In this document: in pieces, positions 8,103 to 17,190 of the stretch
How the letters are laid out: each line of letters begins with the position of its first letter
Numbering within the stretch: the first letter of the stretch is position 1
Source of the DNA: Candidatus Levyibacteriota bacterium
GTDB lineage: Bacteria; Patescibacteriota; Microgenomatia; Levybacterales; UBA12049
NCBI GenBank assembly: GCA_041906785.1
Contig: JAYRIM010000023.1
Span: 129,985-193,984 of the forward strand
Length of the DNA: 64,000 nt
Direction of reading: 5' to 3'
The notes under the pieces: model-generated
Database searches by the model: none
What the model was told of the DNA's origin: nothing
What the model saw: only the letters and a program-made list of their open reading frames with translations
Made by a program: the position numbers and the translations under genes

Positions 8103-9929
8103 TTAGGTTGACAAAACCAATTTTAAATATGTATTTCCTAATACGTATAACTCACTTATGGCACGTGTTAATGCAACATATACGAGATCCCTATCAACCT
8201 TTTTTCTTTCTTCTTGCAAGTTTTCAGGCAACCCCTCCAGATTAAACGATTTCTTATGCATACCAACAAGAAAAACTACATCGAATTCCACTCCCTGTGC
8301 CTCATTAATTGTGAGAACATGAATATTTTTATAGGCTGATAATTGCCTTTTAAATTGTTGTAGATATTCTTCTGATTTTGCCAAAACTCCGATAACCTCA
8401 TCCTTTTTATTTTCAATAACAGAAATGATTTTTTTAATCTCAGACTGTTTATTATCAACGATACATTCTTCAACAGCCCTTCCTTCCTTTACTTGATCCG
8501 GTATAGTGACAGGATAGCCTAAGGATTGAATATATGAAAGAATTTGTTTCGTATTACGATATACTTTTTGGAGTACAACTTTACGGTCAGTTTCAAATGT
8601 TTCATATACTTCTTCCCAATTTGAAATAGTGAAAGGTAATGTTCGCTGAATAAGGTCACCGACATATATAAGACCATTCGTCTGAGAATTAATAGAAGAT
8701 TTAATAAGAGAAATCTGTTCTGAGAGATAATTTTCTGCCTCATCGAGCACAATTAAAGAATATATAACTGGTTGTAGCATAATTTTCTTTACGTACTTAC
8801 CATTCATCAGCTTCACATATTTTTCAACTATTTGATGTAATCGACCTTTTTCCAACATGGAAAGCCTAAGCAATACTGTAAGATCAAATCGATCTAAGAC
8901 ATTCCTCTGTTTTTGATTAGCTAACAACACTAATTGTTCTTCTGAAAAATAATCTTTATAAGTTTCATGCAGTACTTTATAGATATCTTTCCCAAGTTTC
9001 ATAGTTTTTAGATTCTTCAATGCTTGATTTTTAGCGTATTCATATATATCTTTTTTGTGTTCGCTAGTTCCATATCGCAAAACGAATCGCGTATTGGGTA
9101 ACCCTAAAATATCTCGAGCCCATTCATGAAAAGTAGTAATAGTGACTTTATGAATACCAAGTTGGGGTAAAAGTGAGCTAAAGTATTGTTTGGTTATACT
9201 ATCATGTACGAAAACAATAATGTCCTTTGCTGGAAATAATTCAGCTGTATCGGGCGATTGTATGAGAAAAGCAGCTCTGTGAAGTGCAAGTGTTGTTTTA
9301 CCAGAACCTGCAGGACCAGAAATGAGAAATGATCCAAAATAGTGAGAACGGATTATTGTATCCTGGGCTTTTTCCATTTGCTCAACAATTTCTTTAAGCA
9401 TGAATTGATTTTTCTTTTCTGAAAAATATTCTTGATAAATAAGTTCTCGCGGATACCTATCAGATTCTGTCGACATAAAAAGAATTTTTCCATCAACTAT
9501 CAAAAATTGATCTTTCCTTATTAACCATCCACTCCTTTTCTCACCGCTTGGCGTTTCATATAAAAACCTTCCAGGAGAATTGAATCGAATAACTGCCGCA
9601 GGAGCAATCCAAGAATAGGTTGATTCAGCTATGTATGGAAAACGGCCAAAATAGAGTGTCTTCTGCTCAGTTTCATCGTCAAATTTGACATCACAACGAA
9701 CGAAATAAGGAGAAGCATGTTGCTGATCCATGTTTCGCTGAGTGTCTAAGTGAAGATAAAGCAATACTTCTTTCGTATCTCGTTCCTCACCTCGGGCATG
9801 AATTAGCTCTTTACGTAGTTGCATAATCGAAGTATCAATTCTCTTCTTCGTAGAGAGTATTCGGTCAGAAACTTTTAAAACATGCATTTTTGCCTCTTTA
9901 AGCTGAGTATTCTTCTGTATCTCATCCAT
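8103..9929 (-). CDS. SF1 UvrD-like DNA helicase, HelD/helicase-IV-like
   Basis: 608 aa. N-terminal coiled-coil/HelD-like region, Walker A (SGPAGSGKTTLALHRAAF), DEAE-box-like LDEAENY, and C-terminal motif VI (VYVALTRAISELYVLG). Confidence 0.75.
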   Translation of the reverse strand: MDEIQKNTQLKEAKMHVLKVSDRILSTKKRIDTSIMQLRKELIHARGEERDTKEVLLYLHLDTQRNMDQQHASPYFVRCDVKFDDETEQKTLYFGRFPYIAESTYSWIAPAAVIRFNSPGRFLYETPSGEKRSGWLIRKDQFLIVDGKILFMSTESDRYPRELIYQEYFSEKKNQFMLKEIVEQMEKAQDTIIRSHYFGSFLISGPAGSGKTTLALHRAAFLIQSPDTAELFPAKDIIVFVHDSITKQYFSSLLPQLGIHKVTITTFHEWARDILGLPNTRFVLRYGTSEHKKDIYEYAKNQALKNLKTMKLGKDIYKVLHETYKDYFSEEQLVLLANQKQRNVLDRFDLTVLLRLSMLEKGRLHQIVEKYVKLMNGKYVKKIMLQPVIYSLIVLDEAENYLSEQISLIKSSINSQTNGLIYVGDLIQRTLPFTISNWEEVYETFETDRKVVLQKVYRNTKQILSYIQSLGYPVTIPDQVKEGRAVEECIVDNKQSEIKKIISVIENKKDEVIGVLAKSEEYLQQFKRQLSAYKNIHVLTINEAQGVEFDVVFLVGMHKKSFNLEGLPENLQEERKKVDRDLVYVALTRAISELYVLGNTYLKLVLST

Positions 9930-10060
9930 GAAAAGATTATACTTGCAGGTTGTTTATTTACAAGACTGTTTCTTTATGGTAAAATTGAAGATACATTAGT
10001 TAGTACTTATAAATTTCTAGCCTCAAAAAGCTTCAAATTCCTCACTTACAAGCTGATTTT

Positions 10061-10738
10061 ATGTTAAACCTCATAAAATTCACCCTTAGCCCTTTTGTAC
10101 ATCTGACTCTCTATTCTTACTTGCCAATTCTTATATTTCTTTTTATACTGAATATACAGGCAGAATATAGTATGAAAACCCTGCCTGAACCTGCTGAACA
10201 GCAACAACAAACCATCCTCGCAACTCGTATCTGGGAAGACGTCGTCCATTCAATGCATGAATATACACACGACAGTTTTTCTTCGAAATTTTTACCTCCG
10301 GAAGAGATGCTTACTTATGTACGGCCGATAGCTGCAGCCTTTGCTCAACTGCAGTATACTCCTCTACCAACAAAGCGAGAAATTTATAAATCCCATCTGT
10401 ATGCTCTATTTTATTTTCTAATTATTTGTGGCATTCAAATGTATCTTAAAGAACGTTCGATAACCAAAAACCATGCTCCGTATGCTATCGAAACGAACGA
10501 AGCACACGTACGGAGAGTAAAAACGAATGTTATGCAAGAGCTGACAGAAGGAATTAAAGTTTTTCCACCATTAAATCATGTGATGGATATCATGCTAACT
10601 CATCTCGTAACTCCACGCAGACTTGAACGCTTACCATTAAAAAATTTTGAGTTTGACTCAGCTAAATTTGATAAATTTCTACCAGTAACACTTCTCTGGG
10701 GGTATCTTTTCGCCAGAGGAATAATTATTGATAAATAA
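10061..10738 (+). CDS. hypothetical protein, paralog B of the pair flanking the helicase
   Basis: 225 aa as tracked; the likely start is the internal MKTLPEPAEQQQ at about 10172. Paralogous to 7463-8050. Confidence 0.55.
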   Translation: MLNLIKFTLSPFVHLTLYSYLPILIFLFILNIQAEYSMKTLPEPAEQQQQTILATRIWEDVVHSMHEYTHDSFSSKFLPPEEMLTYVRPIAAAFAQLQYTPLPTKREIYKSHLYALFYFLIICGIQMYLKERSITKNHAPYAIETNEAHVRRVKTNVMQELTEGIKVFPPLNHVMDIMLTHLVTPRRLERLPLKNFEFDSAKFDKFLPVTLLWGYLFARGIIIDK

Positions 10739-10758
10739 TAAATATAATATAAGTAATA

Positions 10759-11178
10759 ATGAAATTCTTCTCCCTTCATCCCAACACCTTTATTATACGG
10801 TTTGATGCAAATGAAGATGTTTTTATTTCATTAAGTGATTATTGTAAAACTAATAATACTGGAGGATATTTTACCTGTATTGGATCTACGAAAGATGTGA
10901 CTCTTAGTTATTATAACCTCGAAACGAAACAATATGAAGATCATCAAATTGTCGAGGATCTAGAAGTAGTTAGTATTACTGGGAATATTTCGTTTAAGGA
11001 TTCTGTACCTGCAGTTCATGCACATGGTGTGTTTTCAAAACGAGATTTATCAACAATCGGCGGACACATAAAAAAAATGATCGTTTCTGCGACCTGTGAA
11101 GTTTACCTCACTATTTTTCATAAACCATTGAAACGAGCATTTGATCAAAACACAGGATTAAACTTACTATCAGAGTGA
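10759..11178 (+). CDS. PPC (DUF296) domain protein
   Basis: 139 aa. The pattern IGSTKDVTLSYYN...EVVSITGNISF...HAHGVFS...GGHI...TCEVYLT fits the PPC/DUF296 fold signature. Confidence 0.55.
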   Translation: MKFFSLHPNTFIIRFDANEDVFISLSDYCKTNNTGGYFTCIGSTKDVTLSYYNLETKQYEDHQIVEDLEVVSITGNISFKDSVPAVHAHGVFSKRDLSTIGGHIKKMIVSATCEVYLTIFHKPLKRAFDQNTGLNLLSE

Positions 11179-11234
11179 TTGTGAGGTAGCTCATAGCGCT
11201 TTTTTTATACAATACTGTAGAGTATAATAGCTAT

Positions 11235-12392
11235 ATGAAAATTTTGCGTACATTATGTATCATTCTTCCTTTACTTCTCGTTTCCCTTTTTTATACTCCT
11301 CTTCTCTATGCAGCTACAATAAAAACAGGTGAGAGTATTTATTTATCAGAGGAAACACAAAAGCTTGAAGATCTATATTTATTCGGAAGTACTATTACAA
11401 GTGAAGCACCAGTAACAAATGACCTTGTAGCAGCTGGTGGAAATATTACATTAAATGGTGATGTCTCAGGAAGTTTAATGGCAGCTGGAGGAGATGTGGT
11501 TATTCGTTCAAATGTAGGTAATACACTGCGGGTAGCAGGCGGAAACGTCGTTATCAGTGGTAAAGTTAATCGTGATGTGCTCATCGCAGCAGGATCAGCC
11601 AGAATTACGAAAACAGCATCGATCAGTGGTGATCTTCTCTTTGCTGGAAGTGAACTTATTATTGAAGGGCCTGTCAGAGGAAAGGTAACAATTTACGGTG
11701 AACAAGTTGTTGTGAATAACACTGTTGGCTCGCTGAATGGCTCACTTGCTTCTCTACGACTAGGAAATAAAGCTGTTGTCGAGGGAGATCTACGCTACAC
11801 GTCACCTACAAAAGCAGAAAAGGATACTGGAGCTAACGTAATGGGAGAGGAATATCACCAGCAGATAAAACAGCCACCACAGGAACCTCGTGGGCTTTTA
11901 CGGGCAGTTTCTAGCGGAGCGTTATATGCATTAGCATTAGATATACTTCTATCTGCTGCATTAGTGTTTTTCTTAAGAGAAAAAATAAAAAAACTTTTAG
12001 AGATAATATCAAAATCTCCTGTTTCTTCTTTTGGTACAGGCTTTTTCTTCGTCATTTTTTGGCCTCTTTTAAGTTTAATTATGCTTATTTTTCTATGGTT
12101 AGCAGCTGCCTCATTCCTTTTGTATGGTTTAGTACTTATAGTAAGTATGTTCTTAACAAAAATAATTATTGGATGGCGTATTCTTACCTGGTGGTATAAC
12201 AGACAACAAGATAAAAAGATAACGTATGTTCTTGACTGGAAGACAGCTGTTGTAGGATCACTAGCTGTATATATACTTCTATTAATACCAGTAATAGGAT
12301 GGTTAATAGCCGCATTTGCCTATTTCATAACAGTAGGAGCAGTTATCAAAGGACTACTATCAGTTACCAGCCAAGCTTCGAAAAAAGCATGA
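11235..12392 (+). CDS. bactofilin-like beta-helical repeat protein with a C-terminal multi-TM domain
   Basis: 385 aa with a signal peptide. Repeated AAGGNITLNGDVSGSL / AAGGDVVIRSNVGNTL / VAGGNVVISGKVNRDV motifs, then 4-5 TM helices. Confidence 0.45.
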   Translation: MKILRTLCIILPLLLVSLFYTPLLYAATIKTGESIYLSEETQKLEDLYLFGSTITSEAPVTNDLVAAGGNITLNGDVSGSLMAAGGDVVIRSNVGNTLRVAGGNVVISGKVNRDVLIAAGSARITKTASISGDLLFAGSELIIEGPVRGKVTIYGEQVVVNNTVGSLNGSLASLRLGNKAVVEGDLRYTSPTKAEKDTGANVMGEEYHQQIKQPPQEPRGLLRAVSSGALYALALDILLSAALVFFLREKIKKLLEIISKSPVSSFGTGFFFVIFWPLLSLIMLIFLWLAAASFLLYGLVLIVSMFLTKIIIGWRILTWWYNRQQDKKITYVLDWKTAVVGSLAVYILLLIPVIGWLIAAFAYFITVGAVIKGLLSVTSQASKKA

Positions 12393-13021
12393 AAATAACA
12401 AAATACCTTCATTCATGTTTACTGATCGAAGAACAAGGAAAAACAATACTCATAGATCCTGGTAATTACATCTATGAGGCGAAGATCTTTCCTCTAAGCA
12501 CGCTTTCGCAACTTGATTACCTTCTTATTACCCATGAACATGCTGATCATTTTCATATCCCTTTTATTAAAGAAATTCTAGCGAAATTTCCTGATACACA
12601 AATAATAAGTAATGAATCTGTCGTGTCTTTACTAGAGAAAGAAGGAATACAAGCAAGTTCTGAAGGAAATGATAATATCACTTTCAATCCTGTTCCTCAT
12701 GAAGATGTTGTTCTTTCAGTTCCTCCGCTGAATATTTTGTTTACTTTGTTTGGTAAATTCGCTGATCCTGGAGATTCTCATCATTTTTCGACAAATGTAC
12801 CTATACTTGCACTTCCCATTCAAGCACCTTGGGGAAGTTTTGCAGATGCGATAAAACTGGCAGAAGCAATAAGTCCAAAATTTGTTATTCCTATTCATGA
12901 CTGGCATTGGAAAGATGAAGTGAGAAAAGGTATGTATCAACGAGCTGCAGAATACCTACTCCAATCAGATATACAATTTAAAGGCTTAGAGACAGGGGAA
13001 ACAGTTGAGATAACGGTCTAA
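12389..13021 (+). CDS. MBL-fold metallo-hydrolase
   Basis: Start chosen at MKITKYLHSCLLIEEQGKTILIDPG (ATGA overlap with the upstream stop). The metal-binding motif is present (HEHADH in ITHEHADHFH). Confidence 0.7.
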   Translation: MKITKYLHSCLLIEEQGKTILIDPGNYIYEAKIFPLSTLSQLDYLLITHEHADHFHIPFIKEILAKFPDTQIISNESVVSLLEKEGIQASSEGNDNITFNPVPHEDVVLSVPPLNILFTLFGKFADPGDSHHFSTNVPILALPIQAPWGSFADAIKLAEAISPKFVIPIHDWHWKDEVRKGMYQRAAEYLLQSDIQFKGLETGETVEITV

Positions 13022-13023
13022 AT

Positions 13024-13554
13024 TTATTTTAAATAATTTTCTTCCTTAGGTTCTGCAATAATTTTACTGAAGATATATTCATCTTGCCCAAACCAACCTT
13101 TCGCATGCAAACCTATAAGCTTGAACCCCATTTTTTCATAATATTGTTTATTTCTCTTATCAGCATATAAATATAGATTATGACCACCCAGTGATTTAAT
13201 AATTTCTTCCCACTTTTGTAATAATGCTTTACCAACTCCTCGTCTCTGATAATCACTATGTACTATCAACCAAATTCCTAGGCTAACCCCTCCGAATGGA
13301 TACTCTGCTTCTATGAAACCTACAATCTTTTCTTCTATAAAAGCGCCAATAATAAGGCGTGTCTTATTATGGAGAATCTTTCGAAAATTTTCTTTACTCC
13401 ACATACGAGGATCGCTCACCATGGCATGTATTGTGTTTATCGAATATTCTGGAAATTCTGACTGAAGATGTGTAGAGAAAAGAGTGAAAAAATCGTCTAG
13501 ATCTTTTACTGTTAACTCTCTGAGTATAAAGGATTGTTCCATAGAACTCTCCAT
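13024..13554 (-). CDS. GNAT family N-acetyltransferase
   Basis: 176 aa. It has the acetyl-CoA-binding motif QRRGVGKALL within a GNAT-like fold. Confidence 0.7.
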   Translation of the reverse strand: MESSMEQSFILRELTVKDLDDFFTLFSTHLQSEFPEYSINTIHAMVSDPRMWSKENFRKILHNKTRLIIGAFIEEKIVGFIEAEYPFGGVSLGIWLIVHSDYQRRGVGKALLQKWEEIIKSLGGHNLYLYADKRNKQYYEKMGFKLIGLHAKGWFGQDEYIFSKIIAEPKEENYLK

Positions 13555-13563
13555 TGTAATTGT

Positions 13564-14031
13564 TTAACGCTTTGGAGATTGCTTTCTTCGACGTGCTTTT
13601 CCACCAGTTCCAACTTTTCGGCGTTCTCTTACCCGGTCATCACGAGTGAGCAAACCTTTTTTCTTAAGAAGTGGACGATATTCTTCAGGTTCTAAAGCTG
13701 CTAAAGCTCGAGAAATACCTGCTACTACAGCCTCCAGTTGCCCCTCTTTTCCTCCGCCTTCTACACGAATAGTAAAAGCATATTTATTCTGTGCGTTAAC
13801 AACCCGTAATGGCTCACTATAGACTCTTCGCATAACTTCACTTGAGAAGTATTCTGCTATCGGTTTCTCATTTACGAATAACTCACCTTTTTTAATAGGT
13901 TGTTCGTTCCACATCGCATCAGTTTTTACCGCTGTGAGAAGTCTAACTCGCGCGATAGCTTGTTTTCTTCTGCCAACTGCAAATATATAATCTTTTTTAA
14001 CCTGTTTTGTCTGTTTTACTTGTTCTGCCAT
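13564..14031 (-). CDS. rpsI: 30S ribosomal protein S9
   Basis: C-terminus ...GGKARRRKQSPKR and conserved S9 core; its position after rplM is the canonical order. Confidence 0.9.
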   Translation of the reverse strand: MAEQVKQTKQVKKDYIFAVGRRKQAIARVRLLTAVKTDAMWNEQPIKKGELFVNEKPIAEYFSSEVMRRVYSEPLRVVNAQNKYAFTIRVEGGGKEGQLEAVVAGISRALAALEPEEYRPLLKKKGLLTRDDRVRERRKVGTGGKARRRKQSPKR

Positions 14032-14040
14032 ATTTAAATA

Positions 14041-14110
14041 TTAGCGCTTAGGGATTAGGTGCTAGCGTATAGAGAAATTACTAAACGCTATATGCTAATT
14101 AACTAGACGC
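14041..14110. repeat. about 65-nt intergenic repeat element, copy A (inverted relative to copy B at 27161-27226)
   Basis: ttagcgcttagggattag...ctagcgtatag...actaaacgctatatgctaatt matches, in reverse complement, ...ctaaacgctagatgctaatccctaagcgct at 27190-27226. Confidence 0.65.
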
Positions 14111-14530
14111 TGTTTTGAATTTATCTCCGTATATATGATCTTCTCCTGGAAAAATAAATAAACGTTTCATCATACTTGCACCCATCTTATTATCTGGTAA
14201 CATACCTTTTACAGCATGACGAATTACTTCTTCTGGCCTACGAGCACGTAATTCCCGAAGAGTCTCTGATGTAAATCCTCCAGGATAGCCGGAATGACGA
14301 ACATATGTCTTTTTTTCTTCTTTTTTCCCTGTCACTGCAACTTCTTTTGCATTTATAACAACGACATAGTCTCCACAATCAAGATTACGTACAAAATACG
14401 GTTTACTTTTCCCCATGAGTAATTGCGCAATTTCAGTAGAAAAACGACCCAATGTTTTTCCTTTTGCATCGCGTAAATGCCATTCCCTCTTAATCATATC
14501 TTGTTTTGTTGAAACTGTAGCTCCGTTCAT
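14099..14530 (-). CDS. rplM: 50S ribosomal protein L13
   Basis: 143 aa; conserved L13 sequence (WHLRDAKGKTLGR...). Confidence 0.9.
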   Translation of the reverse strand: MNGATVSTKQDMIKREWHLRDAKGKTLGRFSTEIAQLLMGKSKPYFVRNLDCGDYVVVINAKEVAVTGKKEEKKTYVRHSGYPGGFTSETLRELRARRPEEVIRHAVKGMLPDNKMGASMMKRLFIFPGEDHIYGDKFKTASS

Positions 14531-15054
14531 GCTTTTTTCTCCTTACGTTTCGTCTCTTTCTTTGTTTCTTTCTCCAATTTTTTATTTGCTTTTTTCTCTT
14601 CTTTCTTATTGTCTTTTTTGTTTGCTATCACTGTTGATTCCACAATATCGGTTTTTTTATTTTCCTTTTTTACTTTTTCATTTTTATTTTTTATTACTTG
14701 GCTACGCTCAACCCATTCTAAAATAACAACAGTCGCATCGTCTCCAAATCTTTTACCAAGTCTGATAATTCGAGTATAACCGCCAGGTCTATTCGCGAAA
14801 CGAGGTGCTATATCAATAATCATTCGTTTTACTGCATCCTCATGTAAATAAGGAAGTAAAAGCGGTGTAGCTGCTATACCCTTTATCTTCGCTTTAGTAA
14901 CAAGTTTTTCTACAGCTCCTTTAACGGCTTTCGCTTTCTGTTCAGTTGTCTCTATTCTCTCTTGTAAAACCAATGATGTCATTAACCCTTTAAATAGAGC
15001 TTTTCTTTCATTAGCATCTCGCTTAAATTGTCTTCCAAATACGTTTTTTTTCAT
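14527..15054 (-). CDS. rplQ: 50S ribosomal protein L17 with a Lys-rich C-terminal extension
   Basis: L17 core (GLMTSLVLQERIETT) plus a K-rich tail of about 50 aa (KKENKKTD...KKEEKKANKKLEKETKKETKRKEKKA). Confidence 0.9.
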   Translation of the reverse strand: MKKNVFGRQFKRDANERKALFKGLMTSLVLQERIETTEQKAKAVKGAVEKLVTKAKIKGIAATPLLLPYLHEDAVKRMIIDIAPRFANRPGGYTRIIRLGKRFGDDATVVILEWVERSQVIKNKNEKVKKENKKTDIVESTVIANKKDNKKEEKKANKKLEKETKKETKRKEKKA

Positions 15055-15060
15055 AAAATA

Positions 15061-15152
15061 AAAAGATATTAATAAATTAAGAAATAAAGATATTAAGTGA
15101 AAGCAAAGGGTTTGTTCTTAATATCTCAATATCCCAATATCTTAATATCTTT
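15061..15152. repeat. nested AT-rich palindromes filling the rpoA-rplQ intergenic region
   Basis: aaagatattaag (15086-15097) pairs with cttaatatct (15117-15126) and cttaatatcttt (15141-15152). An extra gatattaa copy lies at 15063-15072. Confidence 0.55.
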
Positions 15153-15154
15153 TA

Positions 15155-16084
15155 TTATGCTGGCAGGCTAATTCCTTTTGCTTGAAGTTTTTCTTCTATA
15201 ACTGCAAGTGATTTACCGCCCATATTACGCATACTTACAAGATCTTTCCGTGGTGTGTTAACGAGCTCTTCTACTGTCTCTATACCACCGTTTCGAAGTG
15301 AGTTATAGATTCTTGTAGGTAAATCTAATTCATCTATTGTTAATTTTAATGTCTCTGGCGCAATAGTAGATGTTTTATCTGTACTTTCACCATCTGTTAT
15401 AGTTGGAGCTTTTGGACTATAAACCATCAAAAATGACTCTGCGAGGATTCTTGATGCGTCATCTAACGTTTTTCGAGGGTTTATAGTACCATTTGTCCAA
15501 ATCTTCATAACCAACTTATCGAGATTGGTTTGACGTCCGACACGTGTCGCTTCTACTGAATAGGTAACTCTTTTTATGGGAGTAAATACAGCGTCAGTAG
15601 GAATAACCTCTAAGCTTACTGCTTTACGATCTTCAGCAAGAGAATAACCTAATCCTCGCTCTATTGTTAGCTCCATATCAAGCTTTGCCTTTGGACCATT
15701 CAAAGTACCAAGATAAAGGTCTTTATTGACAACTTCTACTCCATCAGTTTCTTCAAAATCTGCTGCTGTTACTGTATTATCTCCCTTTACAGAAAGTTTT
15801 AATGTGGCTGATTCTTTAGAATCAGCAAGCTTTATACATAACTGTTTAACATTAAGAAGGAGATCAATAACATTTTCTTTTAAACCGGGAAGAGTAGAGA
15901 AACGGTGCTTGACACCACTTATGCGTACAGAAGTGACTGATGCACCTGGGATTGAAGCATAAAGAACCCGGCGAAGCGCATTTCCCATCGTATAACCAAA
16001 CCCTGGTTCCAATGGTTCGATAACGAATTCTCCGTATTCTTCTGTTAATGTTGTCTCTTTTACTTTAAAATCTAATTCAACCAT
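15155..16084 (-). CDS. rpoA: DNA-directed RNA polymerase alpha subunit
   Basis: 309 aa; N-terminal domain (MVELDFKVKETTLTEEYGEFVIEPLEPGFGYT) and C-terminal domain (DELDLPTRIYNSL). Confidence 0.9.
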   Translation of the reverse strand: MVELDFKVKETTLTEEYGEFVIEPLEPGFGYTMGNALRRVLYASIPGASVTSVRISGVKHRFSTLPGLKENVIDLLLNVKQLCIKLADSKESATLKLSVKGDNTVTAADFEETDGVEVVNKDLYLGTLNGPKAKLDMELTIERGLGYSLAEDRKAVSLEVIPTDAVFTPIKRVTYSVEATRVGRQTNLDKLVMKIWTNGTINPRKTLDDASRILAESFLMVYSPKAPTITDGESTDKTSTIAPETLKLTIDELDLPTRIYNSLRNGGIETVEELVNTPRKDLVSMRNMGGKSLAVIEEKLQAKGISLPA

Positions 16085-16186
16085 AGTGTAAAATTGATGC
16101 GAAAAGGTAGATTGAACATTGTCCTTAATCTACAATTTCCAATACTTAGCTTCTAGCATCTCAGGCTCAACCTGACTAGTATACCA

Positions 16187-16789
16187 TTAACGAGAGTAAT
16201 ATTCAATAATCTGTCTCGTATTAAATGGTAGCTCGATATCTTCTCGTTTTGGTTTACGTACTAACTTCCCTTGATTACCTTCCTTAGAAAGAAAAGGAGC
16301 GACTTGAACATTTTCATTCATGAGTTTCATGATATCGGGATTTTTCTGCATGGCGTCAGAAATACCTATAATGTCATTTTCCTTCACTTGATATGAAGGA
16401 ATTGTCATCTTTTCGCCATTCACAGTTACATGTCCATGGGTAACCATTTGACGAGACATGAAACGAGTTTTCGCAAAACCCAACCGATAAACAACATTAT
16501 CTAATCTTGTTTCAAGAAGCGATAATAAGAGTTCTTCTGTATCACCTTTTTGTTTCGCTACTCTGTCAACAAGTTGTTTAAATTGTTTTTCTAATACTCC
16601 ATAAATTGCTTTTGCTTTTTGTTTTTCTCGAAGCTGCAATCCAAACTCTGATAATCTTCGCTTTCGTTTCTTTCCGTGAACACCAGGTGGAACGGTAATA
16701 CGGCGGAGAAGACTTGCAGAAGTCTTATCAAGGATATTTACTCCTTCTCGTCGTGCGATTCTATGTTTTGGTCCTGTATATCTTGCCAT
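16187..16789 (-). CDS. rpsD: 30S ribosomal protein S4
   Basis: 200 aa; [16 protein letters not shown] start, as in S4. Confidence 0.9.
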   Translation of the reverse strand: MARYTGPKHRIARREGVNILDKTSASLLRRITVPPGVHGKKRKRRLSEFGLQLREKQKAKAIYGVLEKQFKQLVDRVAKQKGDTEELLLSLLETRLDNVVYRLGFAKTRFMSRQMVTHGHVTVNGEKMTIPSYQVKENDIIGISDAMQKNPDIMKLMNENVQVAPFLSKEGNQGKLVRKPKREDIELPFNTRQIIEYYSR

Positions 16790-17187
16790 TAAACTCTTCT
16801 CCTTTTTTGTGCTCTTGGTCCATTATGTGGAATCGGTGTTATATCTGTAATTGACGCGATACTTAAACCTCCGGCCTTTACACCTCGGAGAGCTGATTCC
16901 CGGCCGGCTCCCGGACCTTTAATATAAACATCTACTGTTTTTAAGCCATTTGTAACTGCACGTTTAGCAGCATCTTCCACTGCTAATGAAGCTGCATACG
17001 GCGTAGATTTTCTTGTTCCTTTAAATCCCTTTGCACCTGAAGAACTCCATGATATTGTATCTCCTTTATCGTTTGTAATGGTAACGAGGGTATTATTAAA
17101 TGTAGCTGTTATAAAAACACTTCCATGAACTCCTACTGTAAGAGTACTCTTTTTCTTAGTTTGTTTTGTCGCTGCTTTTGTTGCCAT
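16789..17187 (-). CDS. rpsK: 30S ribosomal protein S11
   Basis: 132 aa; conserved S11 block ([17 protein letters not shown]). Confidence 0.9.
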   Translation of the reverse strand: MATKAATKQTKKKSTLTVGVHGSVFITATFNNTLVTITNDKGDTISWSSSGAKGFKGTRKSTPYAASLAVEDAAKRAVTNGLKTVDVYIKGPGAGRESALRGVKAGGLSIASITDITPIPHNGPRAQKRRRV

Positions 17188-17190
17188 ATG

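Noticed and set aside
8276-8752. Small minus-strand ORFs 8276-8473 and 8519-8752 inside the helicase gene.
   Set aside because: They are alternative frames within a confidently identified helicase CDS.
14415-14726. 103-aa plus-strand ORF antisense to rplM/rplQ. Similar antisense ORFs sit inside other ribosomal genes: 15726-15962, 17450-17647, 23088-23282, 24525-24947, 24815-25045, 25080-25373, 28612-28974, 28961-29146, 29301-29597, 30090-30317.
   Set aside because: All lie antisense within highly conserved ribosomal-protein genes and have low-complexity translations. They are frame-shadow ORFs.
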